The notes beneath the pieces were generated by a model, which was not told the DNA's origin, made no database searches, and worked only from the letters and a program-made list of their open reading frames with translations. This document shows positions 1-9,566 of a stretch of DNA of 64,000 nt, piece after piece. The stretch covers positions 23,056 to 87,055 of the forward strand of contig CAZSWP010000012.1 in the NCBI GenBank assembly GCA_964610875.1, read 5' to 3'. Made by a program: the position numbers and the translations under genes. Source of the DNA: an uncultured archaeon. GTDB taxonomy: Archaea > Asgardarchaeota > Thorarchaeia > Thorarchaeales > Thorarchaeaceae. Positions within the stretch are counted from its first letter, which is position 1. Each line of letters starts with the position of its first letter.

Positions 1-849
1 TGGTGTCATGAAGTTCTTGTCCGTGCTTTGTATAATAGCGTCAACTCGTCCAGCATCAATTGCTGATTGTAGCAGTTTCATAATCTCTTCAGACTGCACA
101 CCATATGCATTGTTGACTATGTGTGGAATGTCGTTTTCTTGACATAAGCGTGCAACTGTCTTTACTGGGTCAGTTTCCCTTGGTGGAAAGAAAGTAGTAG
201 TAGTCAATACTACAAAATCATCTTTTCTCTGTATCATTGTTTCAAAAGCAGAAAGATCCATCCCTACTGCATCATCTTTCAATATTGTAGGGACCACTAT
301 CTCTTCAAATCCAACAAGAGCAATCCCTCTGTGGGGAGAACGATGGTCTATTCGTGGAAACAATACTTTGTCCACATTATAGGTTCTACGGAGTGCAGCC
401 AAGACCAAACCAATTGTCATCCCTGTTGAGATGGGAAGGACAAAACCTGACTGAATATTTGGAAGTCCCAACTTTCGGAGTGCATCGACAGCTACATTGT
501 TAGCAATACCTTGCATTATTGAGGCGCCAGTTGCTTTTGGTTGAGGTGCTATCAATTGCCCACTCCGACCAATCCCGTGATTAAATCCAGCTGCAAGTTG
601 TTCTACAAACGGTGATGCCACCCTGCCTTCTCTTTCACCCACTCTTGCTGCATCTGGGTCTTTATCAGTGTCCATGGATGAGAGGAGTTTTACAAGTAAT
701 TCAATCTGCGAATCCTTCAATGCCTTGTCTGGGAATTGCTTCCTGTTCATTAGGTCACGAATTGGTGCCAGAAATGCATCAAGAGTTGTTTCTGCTCTCT
801 TTAGCATGCTTTCTGGAATTATACTGGTCAGTATTTTATCAATGTCCAA
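1..849 (-). CDS. spcS: O-phosphoseryl-tRNA(Sec) selenium transferase (SepSecS); 3' end runs off the window
   Basis: Not in ORF track. Manual minus-strand translation from TTG at 849 gives ...SMDTDKDPDAARVGEREGRV...GFNHGIGRSGQLIAPQPKATG..., a SepSecS signature; overlaps the selB stop. Confidence 0.9.
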   Translation of the reverse strand, partial: MDIDKILTSIIPESMLKRAETTLDAFLAPIRDLMNRKQFPDKALKDSQIELLVKLLSSMDTDKDPDAARVGEREGRVASPFVEQLAAGFNHGIGRSGQLIAPQPKATGASIMQGIANNVAVDALRKLGLPNIQSGFVLPISTGMTIGLVLAALRRTYNVDKVLFPRIDHRSPHRGIALVGFEEIVVPTILKDDAVGMDLSAFETMIQRKDDFVVLTTTTFFPPRETDPVKTVARLCQENDIPHIVNNAYGVQSEEIMKLLQSAIDAGRVDAIIQSTDKNFMTP

Positions 850-2245
850 ACGAATACTCCTCCTCAATCCATCTCTTGTAATAAACCTCCTGCGATTCCT
901 GAACCTCAGAATCGAATGTGACTGCCAGGACTCCTCTAGTTCCAAAAGGCTGTTTAATCTCCCCTCTTATGCCCTTCTCAGTTTCTACAGTCTTACCAAT
1001 AAGATGCTCTGATCGTATTTTATCTGAAGCCAAGCCTTCGACTAAGACATCATTGTCGCGTAATCTGGATATTCTTCCAATGCGCGTCTTCTCTCGTTTT
1101 AGGCGTACAATATCAGGTAAGTCAGTAATTTTCCCAGACCCCATGATTCTCATTGCAGTCGGTGGGAGGTCTGTTCTCATAAGTAGTATCTTCATGCTGG
1201 TATCAATAGGTATAGCAGTCTGCAGCAATAAAGCAAGATAAGTTGTTTTGCTTAGTGCTTCATTACCTACAAAGTATTCATTATTCTCTGCGGTGATTGG
1301 TATGACCTCACATGTAACAGATGACATTCCTATCATGGCATTGACAACCATACGTTGTGAAATACGTCCTTTATACAATGGATTCCTATCAAATGAACAG
1401 ATGAGATTCTTGGATACCCGCATACCGTTTGGAACTGAGAGATAGTCTCCTCTGTGTATTTCAGAACTATCGAAATCTGGGATGTTGATACCTATTCTGT
1501 CACCTGCATTTGCTATTCTTCTAGTTTCACCAAACACTTGAATTGACCGAATCTTTGCAGCCTTCATATGAGGAACTAATTGCACTGTATCGTTGGTCTG
1601 AATTTCTCCTCGTAATACTGTCCCGGTCAGAACCGTACCATACCCTTTCTTTGGAAATGCATGATCGATGGGCATCATGAATAGTGCTTCCACAAGTCTG
1701 TTACTGGGTTTCAGAATCTCAGCAAGTGCATCCTTTAAATCTGGAATTCCCGTTTCTGTGATTGCTGAGATTGGTACAATCTGACTCTCTGGATATCCTG
1801 CACTCACCATGAGTCGTTTGATTTCATCCTGCAATGTGTCCAACTGCTTTGGTTCTACTAGGTCTATCTTCGAGAGTGCCACAATTAGTCGCTCGATTCC
1901 AAGTGATTGGAGGACTATTAGGTGCTCTCCAGTTTGTACTTTTGGCCCTTCATCTGCTGCAATTACAAGGATAGCTGCATCAATGATGTTTGCACCTGCA
2001 ATCACACTACGTATGAGGTCTGCATGTCCAGGTGCATCAACTAAGGTCACGAGATAATTATCTAGAGTAAACATCGTGAAACCCAAGTCTATTGTTATCC
2101 CTCGTCTTTTTGATTGAGGGTGTTTGTCCAGCCCCGCCGTTGATATTTTTTCACTGAGGGCTCGCGCTATCTCGGTCTTTCCATGGTCAATATGACCAAG
2201 GAGACCAACATGCACTGGTATTAGTTCATTCATCTCCAACAACAT
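839..2245 (-). CDS. selB: Selenocysteine-specific translation elongation factor (archaeal/eukaryotic type)
   Basis: GHIDHGKT, RGITIDLGF and DAPGH GTPase motifs; C-terminal GEIKQPFGTRG domain; adjacent to SepSecS. Confidence 0.92.
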   Translation of the reverse strand: MLLEMNELIPVHVGLLGHIDHGKTEIARALSEKISTAGLDKHPQSKRRGITIDLGFTMFTLDNYLVTLVDAPGHADLIRSVIAGANIIDAAILVIAADEGPKVQTGEHLIVLQSLGIERLIVALSKIDLVEPKQLDTLQDEIKRLMVSAGYPESQIVPISAITETGIPDLKDALAEILKPSNRLVEALFMMPIDHAFPKKGYGTVLTGTVLRGEIQTNDTVQLVPHMKAAKIRSIQVFGETRRIANAGDRIGINIPDFDSSEIHRGDYLSVPNGMRVSKNLICSFDRNPLYKGRISQRMVVNAMIGMSSVTCEVIPITAENNEYFVGNEALSKTTYLALLLQTAIPIDTSMKILLMRTDLPPTAMRIMGSGKITDLPDIVRLKREKTRIGRISRLRDNDVLVEGLASDKIRSEHLIGKTVETEKGIRGEIKQPFGTRGVLAVTFDSEVQESQEVYYKRWIEEEYSFGH

Positions 2246-2333
2246 CTAGAATACTCGATATCTGTTAAAACCTTGGCTTAGAGCCGTCGTCCTGTCAGTG
2301 GTACTTATTTGGTGGGTTGCTTGATGTAAAGGT

Positions 2334-2741
2334 ATGGTATCGCGCTCTCTTGAGAAGATGATGTTGATTGCTATTGGACTCACAACAGTTGTTGTTATTG
2401 GTGTTCCTGTGTTAATATTTGCAATGGATACCATAAATACAACAACCCGAATCCAAGCAGCTGAATCGTTTGCCCAACAGATATTCAACGCCTCATTGCA
2501 GGTAGACTCGGGAGAGGTTGAAGAGAAGACGATCCAAGTAGTCGTACCATCTAATATGACCATTGAGGCTATAGGTGAGAGTCTTATTGTGACTTATACT
2601 AGGGTGGGTACTGAGGATCTGACCTGGTCTCAAGACTTTTCGCATCAGGTTCATGTTCTCACTCCTACTACTCCAGGTGCCTATATACTTCATATCATAC
2701 TAGATGAAGACAGATTAGTTCTTGAGTTTAGTCAGGTATAG
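2334..2741 (+). CDS. Hypothetical protein with N-terminal hydrophobic helix, possibly pilin-like
   Basis: MVSRSLEK followed by about 20 hydrophobic residues; beta-rich C-terminus. Confidence 0.5.
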   Translation: MVSRSLEKMMLIAIGLTTVVVIGVPVLIFAMDTINTTTRIQAAESFAQQIFNASLQVDSGEVEEKTIQVVVPSNMTIEAIGESLIVTYTRVGTEDLTWSQDFSHQVHVLTPTTPGAYILHIILDEDRLVLEFSQV

Positions 2742-2824
2742 TACATCTATTATTCTTAACACAACTCTTTTAAGCTTGGTAAAGCGTTCGCCGTGAATAG
2801 CGCCTAAGGCGAGGACTAATTGCA

Positions 2825-3883
2825 ATGGCAGAGGATGCCGAAACCCCTGAACAAATGGATGCAGAAGAAATCGAGTCTGCATCAGTAGAAACTCATGAAC
2901 CAGAGGGAAAAAAGAAGAAACGAGAGTTTAAACTCAAGAACCCACTTGGCTTCATATTTAACATAAGAATGCTAAGAAGAGTTGTTCAAATCTTCTTCTT
3001 ACTTGTGTTGAATGCGTACATATTCGGGGCTTGGTGGGGACAAGAGGCTATAACTCAATTCTGGGTTGATGTGAGAGCATATCTTCCCACATTACCTATT
3101 ATTGCTCCTCTTGAAGCACCATTCGCAATAATCGCAGGTTCATTTGATATCATGCAGAGAGAATTGACCGGAGGACTTTTCCCCTTCTTCACTCTAGGAG
3201 CTATGATTATAATTTTGACCATTTTGGGTCGTGCTGCTTGTGGTTGGGTGTGTCCAATTGGGACAATTCAAGACTTTGCAACATTGCCGAGCAGATCAAA
3301 AATACGTCCAGCTCCGGGAACTGAGAAGGAGCTCAGACGAGTGAAAGGTTACATTGGTGTGATTGTCTTGTTCTTTGTCGCTTGGATTGGTATCAGTGTG
3401 ACCCTTGGTACTGCGGACGCTCTAATTGAAGCGATGGGAATGTTTGCAAACGCACCTTTTGATCCGTTCAATCCTGCGTACATTGTCTTTGTAAAGATAC
3501 CAGAAATGATTGAGTCAGAATACTGGCCAAAAAGTATAGAAACGCTCTGGCGACTCGGTTACTGGACCCCTATTTTCTGGTTACAAATCTCTTTTGTATT
3601 TCTAGTAGCAATTGTATCATTCTGGTTCCCAAGATGGTTCTGTCGTTGGATCTGTCCTGCAGGATGGTTCTATGGACTCTTCTCAAGAGATGCACTGGTT
3701 GGAATTGGTAGAAATCCTGCTAGATGTACTCCTGATGTTTGTAATGTCTGTGAAGTAGTATGTCCAATGAACATCAGAATTAGAAGATTCCCCTATCAGC
3801 ATGTATACAGTCCAGACTGTATCATGTGCTTGGAATGCAAGAGTCATTGTCCCAATAACGCAATTGAGATAGCGTTCTTGTGA
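2825..3883 (+). CDS. Membrane 4Fe-4S binding protein, NapH/MauN family
   Basis: CGWVCPIG and FCRWICPAG motifs, several TM helices, two C-terminal ferredoxin Cys motifs. Confidence 0.85.
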   Translation: MAEDAETPEQMDAEEIESASVETHEPEGKKKKREFKLKNPLGFIFNIRMLRRVVQIFFLLVLNAYIFGAWWGQEAITQFWVDVRAYLPTLPIIAPLEAPFAIIAGSFDIMQRELTGGLFPFFTLGAMIIILTILGRAACGWVCPIGTIQDFATLPSRSKIRPAPGTEKELRRVKGYIGVIVLFFVAWIGISVTLGTADALIEAMGMFANAPFDPFNPAYIVFVKIPEMIESEYWPKSIETLWRLGYWTPIFWLQISFVFLVAIVSFWFPRWFCRWICPAGWFYGLFSRDALVGIGRNPARCTPDVCNVCEVVCPMNIRIRRFPYQHVYSPDCIMCLECKSHCPNNAIEIAFL

Positions 3884-4237
3884 TCAAATCTTAGAAGAAT
3901 CCTTAATGACATCTTCAAAGGAATCATTGATATTAGCATAGAGTTCCATAAGACTTAGTGCATAATCTGTCACCCTTGCACCACCGCCACCAACCGTGCC
4001 CCCACGATATGAATCAAGGAGTTTCACACCTATTTTTTTTTCTATATCTCTTATTACACCCCATGCATATCGATATGACATACCTATATTCTTAGCCCCA
4101 GCAGAAATGGTCCCTGCATCCTGTATACTCTTTAGAATCGCATAAGCACCAGGTCCAAAAACATACTCTCCCTCATGTTCTAGCCATAGCTTGTAGTTTG
4201 GACGCAACTCAGGTAGACCGTCGGTACTCTTTGACAT
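3884..4237 (-). CDS. ModE N-terminal-like winged-helix regulator
   Basis: GTISAGAKNIGMSYRYAW and RGGxxGGGAxVT motifs; likely start ATG at 4237. Confidence 0.82.
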   Translation of the reverse strand: MSKSTDGLPELRPNYKLWLEHEGEYVFGPGAYAILKSIQDAGTISAGAKNIGMSYRYAWGVIRDIEKKIGVKLLDSYRGGTVGGGGARVTDYALSLMELYANINDSFEDVIKDSSKI

Positions 4238-4294
4238 AATGTCTTTGACTCCCCTGCAAACTTGTAACAAAAAGTGGGGCTTCTTGGAGTGGGT

Positions 4295-4537
4295 CTAGGG
4301 ACCCCAGCGCATTCTCTCGCCCTTTGTGTCCTTTTTGTAAGCTTTCTTGACCTGTTTCCAGTGTTCTTTGCAGAGGTAAGTTTTTCTCTTCCTGGAGTCC
4401 TTGACTTTAAGACCACAGGATGCTACACTTGGACCTATCCTCTGAGATGACATAGATTTCATAGCTTCTTCGTTACAGCCAGCAATACTACAGATTTTCT
4501 TACTTCTTGTTGCCAAGGTCCACACTTCTTGTAACAT
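4295..4537 (-). CDS. Small zinc-finger-like hypothetical protein
   Basis: CSIAGC ... YLCKEH pattern; basic. Confidence 0.65.
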   Translation of the reverse strand: MLQEVWTLATRSKKICSIAGCNEEAMKSMSSQRIGPSVASCGLKVKDSRKRKTYLCKEHWKQVKKAYKKDTKGERMRWGP

Positions 4538-4579
4538 AGAAAAGAAGACATCATTTAACTATAGCGACGAAGGCGATTC

Positions 4580-5569
4580 TTATGGAGTGCCTCTCGGAAT
4601 TAAAACAGGTCCTTTTGAATAATCGAACATTATATCCTCATTATCACCCTGTCGCAAGCGGAGTGTTTTTTGGGAATCAACATATCCAATTTTTAACATT
4701 TTCATTCCATGAGATATTGCAATTTCCTCAACCGTAGATAAACTATTTTCAGGTACTGACAGTAAGAAACCAAGAGAAATGAACATTCTTAGCCAGTCAT
4801 CCATCTCAATCTCTTCAGGTCTTGACCTTTCAATCCAATCAAGAACTAATACTCCACCAGTTCCTGAGTATTCCAACATCATTCCAGCTGTACCGACGAT
4901 GCCTGAAACAGATACATCCTTTGATGCAGAAACTAGTTTTCTCTCAGCTAATTCATTCATTACAGATAGTCTTGTCGTGACAGTATCCGAGTCCCGTCCA
5001 GTGACAGAGTCCCAACCAAGTCGATAGCTAGATCCACGTCGGCCGGTGCTATCAAAAAGTAGTACAAGACTCTCTCCTGCTTTTGCACCACCCGAGGTAA
5101 GCATTACCTGTTTCTTCACTGTACCAGTAGCAGAACCAACCACGTAAGTTGATTCAGATGCCGGATTTGTATGACCTCGAACAATTGGTACTTCAAAAGT
5201 ATTTGAACCCTCAATGACGCCCTCTAATAGCTTTTCTCCTACCGTTTCATCAGAATATGATAGTGCTATTGCAAATGAGGTTGGCACACCACCTGCTGCA
5301 TAAATGTCCATTATGTTTGCAAGTACTGCATTAAATCCAGCTGCGTGAGGGTGATGCAAGCATAATTCTTCAACGATTGCATCTGTGGTCAATAAGACAA
5401 CATAATCTGTGTCAGTAAGAATTGCTGCAGAGTCCTCTCCAAGCGAATGAGGACTATTTCCATTATATGATGTCGCCCGTAATTTAGAAAGAATATTGGG
5501 AATCACAAACTTTCTTGAGATACCATCAAAACTTCGAAGCATCTCTATAGTCTTTTGTAAATCCCTCAA
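4580..5569 (-). CDS. AIR synthase-related (PurM/SelD/ThiL fold) protein
   Basis: GEDSAAI, ANIMDIYAAGGVP, GHTN and SKDVSxxG motifs. Confidence 0.8.
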   Translation of the reverse strand: MRDLQKTIEMLRSFDGISRKFVIPNILSKLRATSYNGNSPHSLGEDSAAILTDTDYVVLLTTDAIVEELCLHHPHAAGFNAVLANIMDIYAAGGVPTSFAIALSYSDETVGEKLLEGVIEGSNTFEVPIVRGHTNPASESTYVVGSATGTVKKQVMLTSGGAKAGESLVLLFDSTGRRGSSYRLGWDSVTGRDSDTVTTRLSVMNELAERKLVSASKDVSVSGIVGTAGMMLEYSGTGGVLVLDWIERSRPEEIEMDDWLRMFISLGFLLSVPENSLSTVEEIAISHGMKMLKIGYVDSQKTLRLRQGDNEDIMFDYSKGPVLIPRGTP

Positions 5570-5598
5570 CGACTATCACTCGATGAACTAGTGAAGAC

Positions 5599-5724
5599 TT
5601 ACGGTCCTCCCATAAATCCTATTGCGAACGCAATCTGACCGAGAATGTATCCAATTGCGAGAAGTGACATACCTACCATGAAATAAATCAACGCACGCAT
5701 TTCATGTCTAATTTCTTCGAACAT
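5599..5724 (-). CDS. Small (41 aa) single-TM membrane protein, not in ORF track
   Basis: GGTGA RBS then ATG: MFEEIRHEMRALIYFMVGMSLLAIGYILGQIAFAIGFMGGP*; fills a gap in a minus-strand gene run. Confidence 0.65.
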   Translation of the reverse strand: MFEEIRHEMRALIYFMVGMSLLAIGYILGQIAFAIGFMGGP

Positions 5725-5796
5725 CTATGTTCACCTTCGGGTGCTCCGAAAATTCATTGTGATGCTTATAGACGTTGTGGGATGTCAGTTAAACAT

Positions 5797-6105
5797 CTAC
5801 AGATTGCCTTTACTACGGATTTTCTTTTCGTATTTTTTGGGTATGTGTTGTGGGTCTACAAAATCATCTCGTTCATCGACCTCACCTTTCTTCGTTGCTA
5901 GTCGTCCTCTGCACTTCCCAGCATCCCCCATGCGTCGTATTCTGCACTTAGCGTATTGACACCATCCGCCATCACATGTATCCTCAAAAGTAGCACACCA
6001 TGCCACTTTTTTTCCCTTTTCTTTGCGAAACAGTAGCACGCCCTTCCCCTGATCACAGACAAATTCTGGACAGAAGGGAGTGCAATCTGATTGACCTTTC
6101 TGCAT
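5797..6105 (-). CDS. Cys-rich hypothetical protein
   Basis: Eight Cys in 102 aa; GGAG RBS; co-oriented with neighbours. Confidence 0.65.
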   Translation of the reverse strand: MQKGQSDCTPFCPEFVCDQGKGVLLFRKEKGKKVAWCATFEDTCDGGWCQYAKCRIRRMGDAGKCRGRLATKKGEVDERDDFVDPQHIPKKYEKKIRSKGNL

Positions 6106-6136
6106 GAGATCAACTCCTGACCGTAACCATTCGGGT

Positions 6137-6997
6137 TTACTTCTTACTTGCTAATGTTATCATCTCATCCAACATCTTATGGCCACCAAGAATGACATTC
6201 TCAAATCTATCAATCAATGATTTTTTGGAATCATAATTGGCAGTAGAGATATCTCCAATCTTTAGTTTAGCTTCTAGACGACTTCGTTCTTTTCGAAGAT
6301 TCTTGAGCTTTTCATTCATTGATTTCAACCAAGTCTTGGACACCTTTATTGCTGTCTTAAGACCACGCCGTAAATCTCTGATTTTGATAAGAATCCTAGT
6401 CTTCTCCTCTTCAAAGACTTCAGGGTCAAGTTTTTTCTCAATCCCTTCCAGTTTCGAGAGTTTTGATTCATGTTCCTCAAGTTCGTCGAATATTCGTTTG
6501 ATTGGCAATATGCCTTTGACTTTTCTCAGGTCTTGTCTTCTATTCTTAGTCTGCATGAGTCTCTCCTTGAGGTTCTCTGCACGTTCAGTTAGAAGTTCTT
6601 TATCTGCATGTTTCAAGTCTAAAGCATGGCGTGTAGCACGAATCTGTTCAATCAGGCTGTCCAATTCTTTGTCTAAGACATCTAATTCCGACTTAGAGAA
6701 CAAACGGGCCATATCTCGTGGATCCATTCCATCAATATGAAATCCAAAATCAGGAAGATGCTCTTCCACATCCACTAGGACTTCTGATGTGGTATCTTCT
6801 GATATAAGCTTAGTTTCTACTATGTCTTGTGAAGAATCTGAGTCTTCTTGCCCTTCCTCCTTTTCAGGATGAAGAAGTTCTCCGCAGTACTTACAGTACT
6901 TACCATCAGACACTTCAAGACCACAATTCGGACATACAATGAGGTCCTCAGCCATCAACAGCCCTCGATATAGATTATTGAATCTTGATGGACACAC
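6137..6997 (-). CDS. Double zinc-ribbon plus long coiled-coil protein (C-terminus CdvA-coil-like)
   Basis: CPNCG...CKYCG, acidic linker, heptad coils, LEAKLKIGDISTANY motif. Confidence 0.65.
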   Translation of the reverse strand: MCPSRFNNLYRGLLMAEDLIVCPNCGLEVSDGKYCKYCGELLHPEKEEGQEDSDSSQDIVETKLISEDTTSEVLVDVEEHLPDFGFHIDGMDPRDMARLFSKSELDVLDKELDSLIEQIRATRHALDLKHADKELLTERAENLKERLMQTKNRRQDLRKVKGILPIKRIFDELEEHESKLSKLEGIEKKLDPEVFEEEKTRILIKIRDLRRGLKTAIKVSKTWLKSMNEKLKNLRKERSRLEAKLKIGDISTANYDSKKSLIDRFENVILGGHKMLDEMITLASKK

Positions 6998-7022
6998 CCA
7001 TCAAACCGTCATGATACTTAAG

Positions 7023-7340
7023 TTAAATCAAAGTTCCAAGTTTTGCTGCCGCTTGATCAAGCTTTCCTTTTGAATTCACAATTGTATCTGTTCCGTATGA
7101 AGGTAGGACCTTCAATTCCTCCACAAGGAGAGCTATTGCTGTCTTGGGGTCAATTTCTTTCTGATCCAATGAACCGTCTGGAAAAGTAATTGATGCTTCA
7201 ATCCACTTCTCCTTTGTTTCATCAGCAGGAAAGATACAATAGATATAGTCATCATTGCTGCAGATGAAAGAAGGTGTATTCTCCCATGCTTGAGCCAGTA
7301 CCGCTCCAAAGTTCTTTGCATTCTCTGCTTTGTCTGCCAT
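7023..7340 (-). CDS. Hypothetical protein
   Basis: 105-aa ORF with GGTGA RBS. Confidence 0.7.
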   Translation of the reverse strand: MADKAENAKNFGAVLAQAWENTPSFICSNDDYIYCIFPADETKEKWIEASITFPDGSLDQKEIDPKTAIALLVEELKVLPSYGTDTIVNSKGKLDQAAAKLGTLI

Positions 7341-7435
7341 CGATATTCACCATCGTCGGCTAGATGAGATTGTAGCTTGCTAGTATCTCAACCTTATGAC
7401 CTTTTCTGACATATCATTTCAGTTGTACCATCCTA

Positions 7436-8011
7436 TTATGGCTTATGCCAGACAAAAGAGTAGTATGCTACATCGCCTGAGTCTTTGACTGTGGCAATAA
7501 TAAATTTCTTACGAACACTGGTCGCAAGACGTCCTGCCCTTACGATATCAAGAGGTACAACCCCTTTTCTTTGTGGAATCACATGTACAAGGAATGGTGC
7601 ATGATCCTTTCCAGGGCCGTGCTCATATACTGAGAAATCAGTACCAAACTTCAGTCCAGGTCTCACAATATATCCAAGAACTCGTAGTTTTCTATAGACC
7701 GTTAATATATCTCGAAAATCTTCTGAGGTCTTTAAGCCTCTCTCAATTACGTCCTCAAAAGATAGGATATTGCCTGTTGATGCATCAACCACAGATATCT
7801 TCCCAGCTTCAAGTAGATAAGCGGTTTCAATCAGGGACAATTCTAACGGCTTCTCAAACTCTGGACTCTTTGGCTTCCTAATGCCTACTGGTTGTCCAAA
7901 ATAATCATCTGCATAGAGTTGCGTCCCTTCTTCAGGATTCCACACAATTGCTCTATCACCGGCAAGTTCGGCATGAGCTATCTTCTTATCATCTGACACA
8001 AGATGCACCAA
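7436..8011 (-). CDS. endA: tRNA splicing endonuclease (tRNA-intron lyase)
   Basis: LSLIETAYL, GLKFGTDFSVY, catalytic Y/H/K (HAPF, SVRKK). Confidence 0.92.
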   Translation of the reverse strand: MVHLVSDDKKIAHAELAGDRAIVWNPEEGTQLYADDYFGQPVGIRKPKSPEFEKPLELSLIETAYLLEAGKISVVDASTGNILSFEDVIERGLKTSEDFRDILTVYRKLRVLGYIVRPGLKFGTDFSVYEHGPGKDHAPFLVHVIPQRKGVVPLDIVRAGRLATSVRKKFIIATVKDSGDVAYYSFVWHKP

Positions 8012-8017
8012 TGTATC

Positions 8018-8692
8018 TCAAGTATTGAGAGTTAATGATAGACTTCTTATTGTAATTGCTGCGTCTTCACTCAGATTTGAAATATCTTCCATCATATTCA
8101 AGAAATCTCTGAATCTCAAGAGGATGGCTATTTCGATATCTGAGTTATAGAGCAGACTCATAATCTCACGCTGTATAATATCTATTTGTTTTTCTAAGAT
8201 ACAGATTTGATTTGCGCGTTTCATAGAATTTTCCATGTTGATAGATAGAAATCTCACAGCTTCACGCTGTTCTGTTATCTGATTGATTACCAGTTCTCCA
8301 AGTCTTGATACTTTTTCTCTGAGTTCGCCATCCGGCGTCCAACCTGAATGCTGAACGGCTGCTAGGTGGTAACATGCAATCTCTGCACCATCAACGAGTT
8401 TGTCATTATAGTGAACCAAGCGGAGTAGGTCCTCTCTTTGTAACAGTGAATTTGCATTTGCAAGCTCGCGTAGTATTTGTCTCTTGAGGTCATCACCCTG
8501 CTCTTCAAGATGAGTGATCTTTGTGAGGTCTTCCTTTTCCATGCTCTTGCCTTCATTCAGCCAATCAATAAGTGCTCCAGAAATGATTCTATTTGCGGTA
8601 AGTGCAACTCGGAAATGTTCCTCTAGCATCTTAGTGATATTTCCTAGTTCTGAGCTTATGTATCGTCCATTATCTAAGACCAATAATTGCAC
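8018..8692 (-). CDS. DUF47 / PhoU-like phosphate transport regulator
   Basis: ITHLEEQGDDLKRQI, REDLLRL and LEKQID repeats. Confidence 0.8.
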   Translation of the reverse strand: MQLLVLDNGRYISSELGNITKMLEEHFRVALTANRIISGALIDWLNEGKSMEKEDLTKITHLEEQGDDLKRQILRELANANSLLQREDLLRLVHYNDKLVDGAEIACYHLAAVQHSGWTPDGELREKVSRLGELVINQITEQREAVRFLSINMENSMKRANQICILEKQIDIIQREIMSLLYNSDIEIAILLRFRDFLNMMEDISNLSEDAAITIRSLSLTLNT

Positions 8693-8768
8693 CTCAACGA
8701 TATTCTCGTGCCTATTGGAGTAGATTTAAGTCTTCGGTAAAGTGCTTTCGCCGAGAGGTTTTTCCATA

Positions 8769-9566
8769 ATGGAGCCATGGCAGATTATTGTGGCACTAAT
8801 TCAGGGACTAGTTGAATGGTTGCCTATCTCCAGTGAAGGGCAAGCTGTATTATTCGTTTACAACTTTGGAGATGTTTCTGTGGAATCACTCATCACTTTG
8901 GTTGCTTGGCTTCATCTAGGTACCGCTCTTGCAGTTATCGTTCGTTATCCCAATACAATATTCGAAATAATCTCCCTCAAAGATCGTAATCTATTCAGAC
9001 AGTTGCTCCTAGCCACAGGTGCAACAGCTATTACTGCGTTACCCATGTACTTTCTTCTCAGAGAAGGACTGTTATTTTTCAATGGTGAGATTGTAAATGT
9101 TTTAGTTGGTGTTTTCCTACTTGTAACTGCAATTCTCCTATATCTTCCAACCCGAAATGTTACAGTTCTTGAAATACCTGATGAAGTTGTAGAACCTGAT
9201 GACAAAATATCCACAATAACAGGTCTGGCTCAAGGATTCTCAATACTACCTGGATTAAGCAGGTCTGGAACCACTATCTCTGTACTTCTAATGCAAAAAG
9301 TGAACAAGGAAACTGCTTTACGCTTCAGTTTTCTAATGAGTGTGCCAGCAGTTCTAGGTATTTTCACAATTGAACTCTTACTGGGAGGAGCTGTCTTACC
9401 AACAATTGCACCGATTGATCTACTACTAATGGAAATTATTGTCTTCTTTACAGGGCTCCTTTCAATGGAGATTCTTCTGCGAATTGCGCAAAGAATCAGT
9501 TTTTGGAAGTTCTGCCTAGTCCTTGGTGTGGTTGCAATCTTGTTTGGAACGCCTGCCTTTCTATGA
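8769..9566 (+). CDS. uppP: Undecaprenyl-diphosphate phosphatase family (BacA/UppP)
   Basis: QGLVEWLPISSEG, HLGT, PGLSRSGTT and RFSFLMSVP motifs. Confidence 0.88.
   Translation: MEPWQIIVALIQGLVEWLPISSEGQAVLFVYNFGDVSVESLITLVAWLHLGTALAVIVRYPNTIFEIISLKDRNLFRQLLLATGATAITALPMYFLLREGLLFFNGEIVNVLVGVFLLVTAILLYLPTRNVTVLEIPDEVVEPDDKISTITGLAQGFSILPGLSRSGTTISVLLMQKVNKETALRFSFLMSVPAVLGIFTIELLLGGAVLPTIAPIDLLLMEIIVFFTGLLSMEILLRIAQRISFWKFCLVLGVVAILFGTPAFL

Noticed and set aside
4580-5569. Selenophosphate synthetase SelD
   Set aside because: Same fold, but lacks the N-terminal Cys/Sec-x-x-Lys motif, and no TGA-extended N-terminus is evident.
7420-7433. 13/14 match (cagttgtacc.tcc) to the mini-element interior at 22874-22887
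   Set aside because: Short, lacks either end motif, and compatible with chance.
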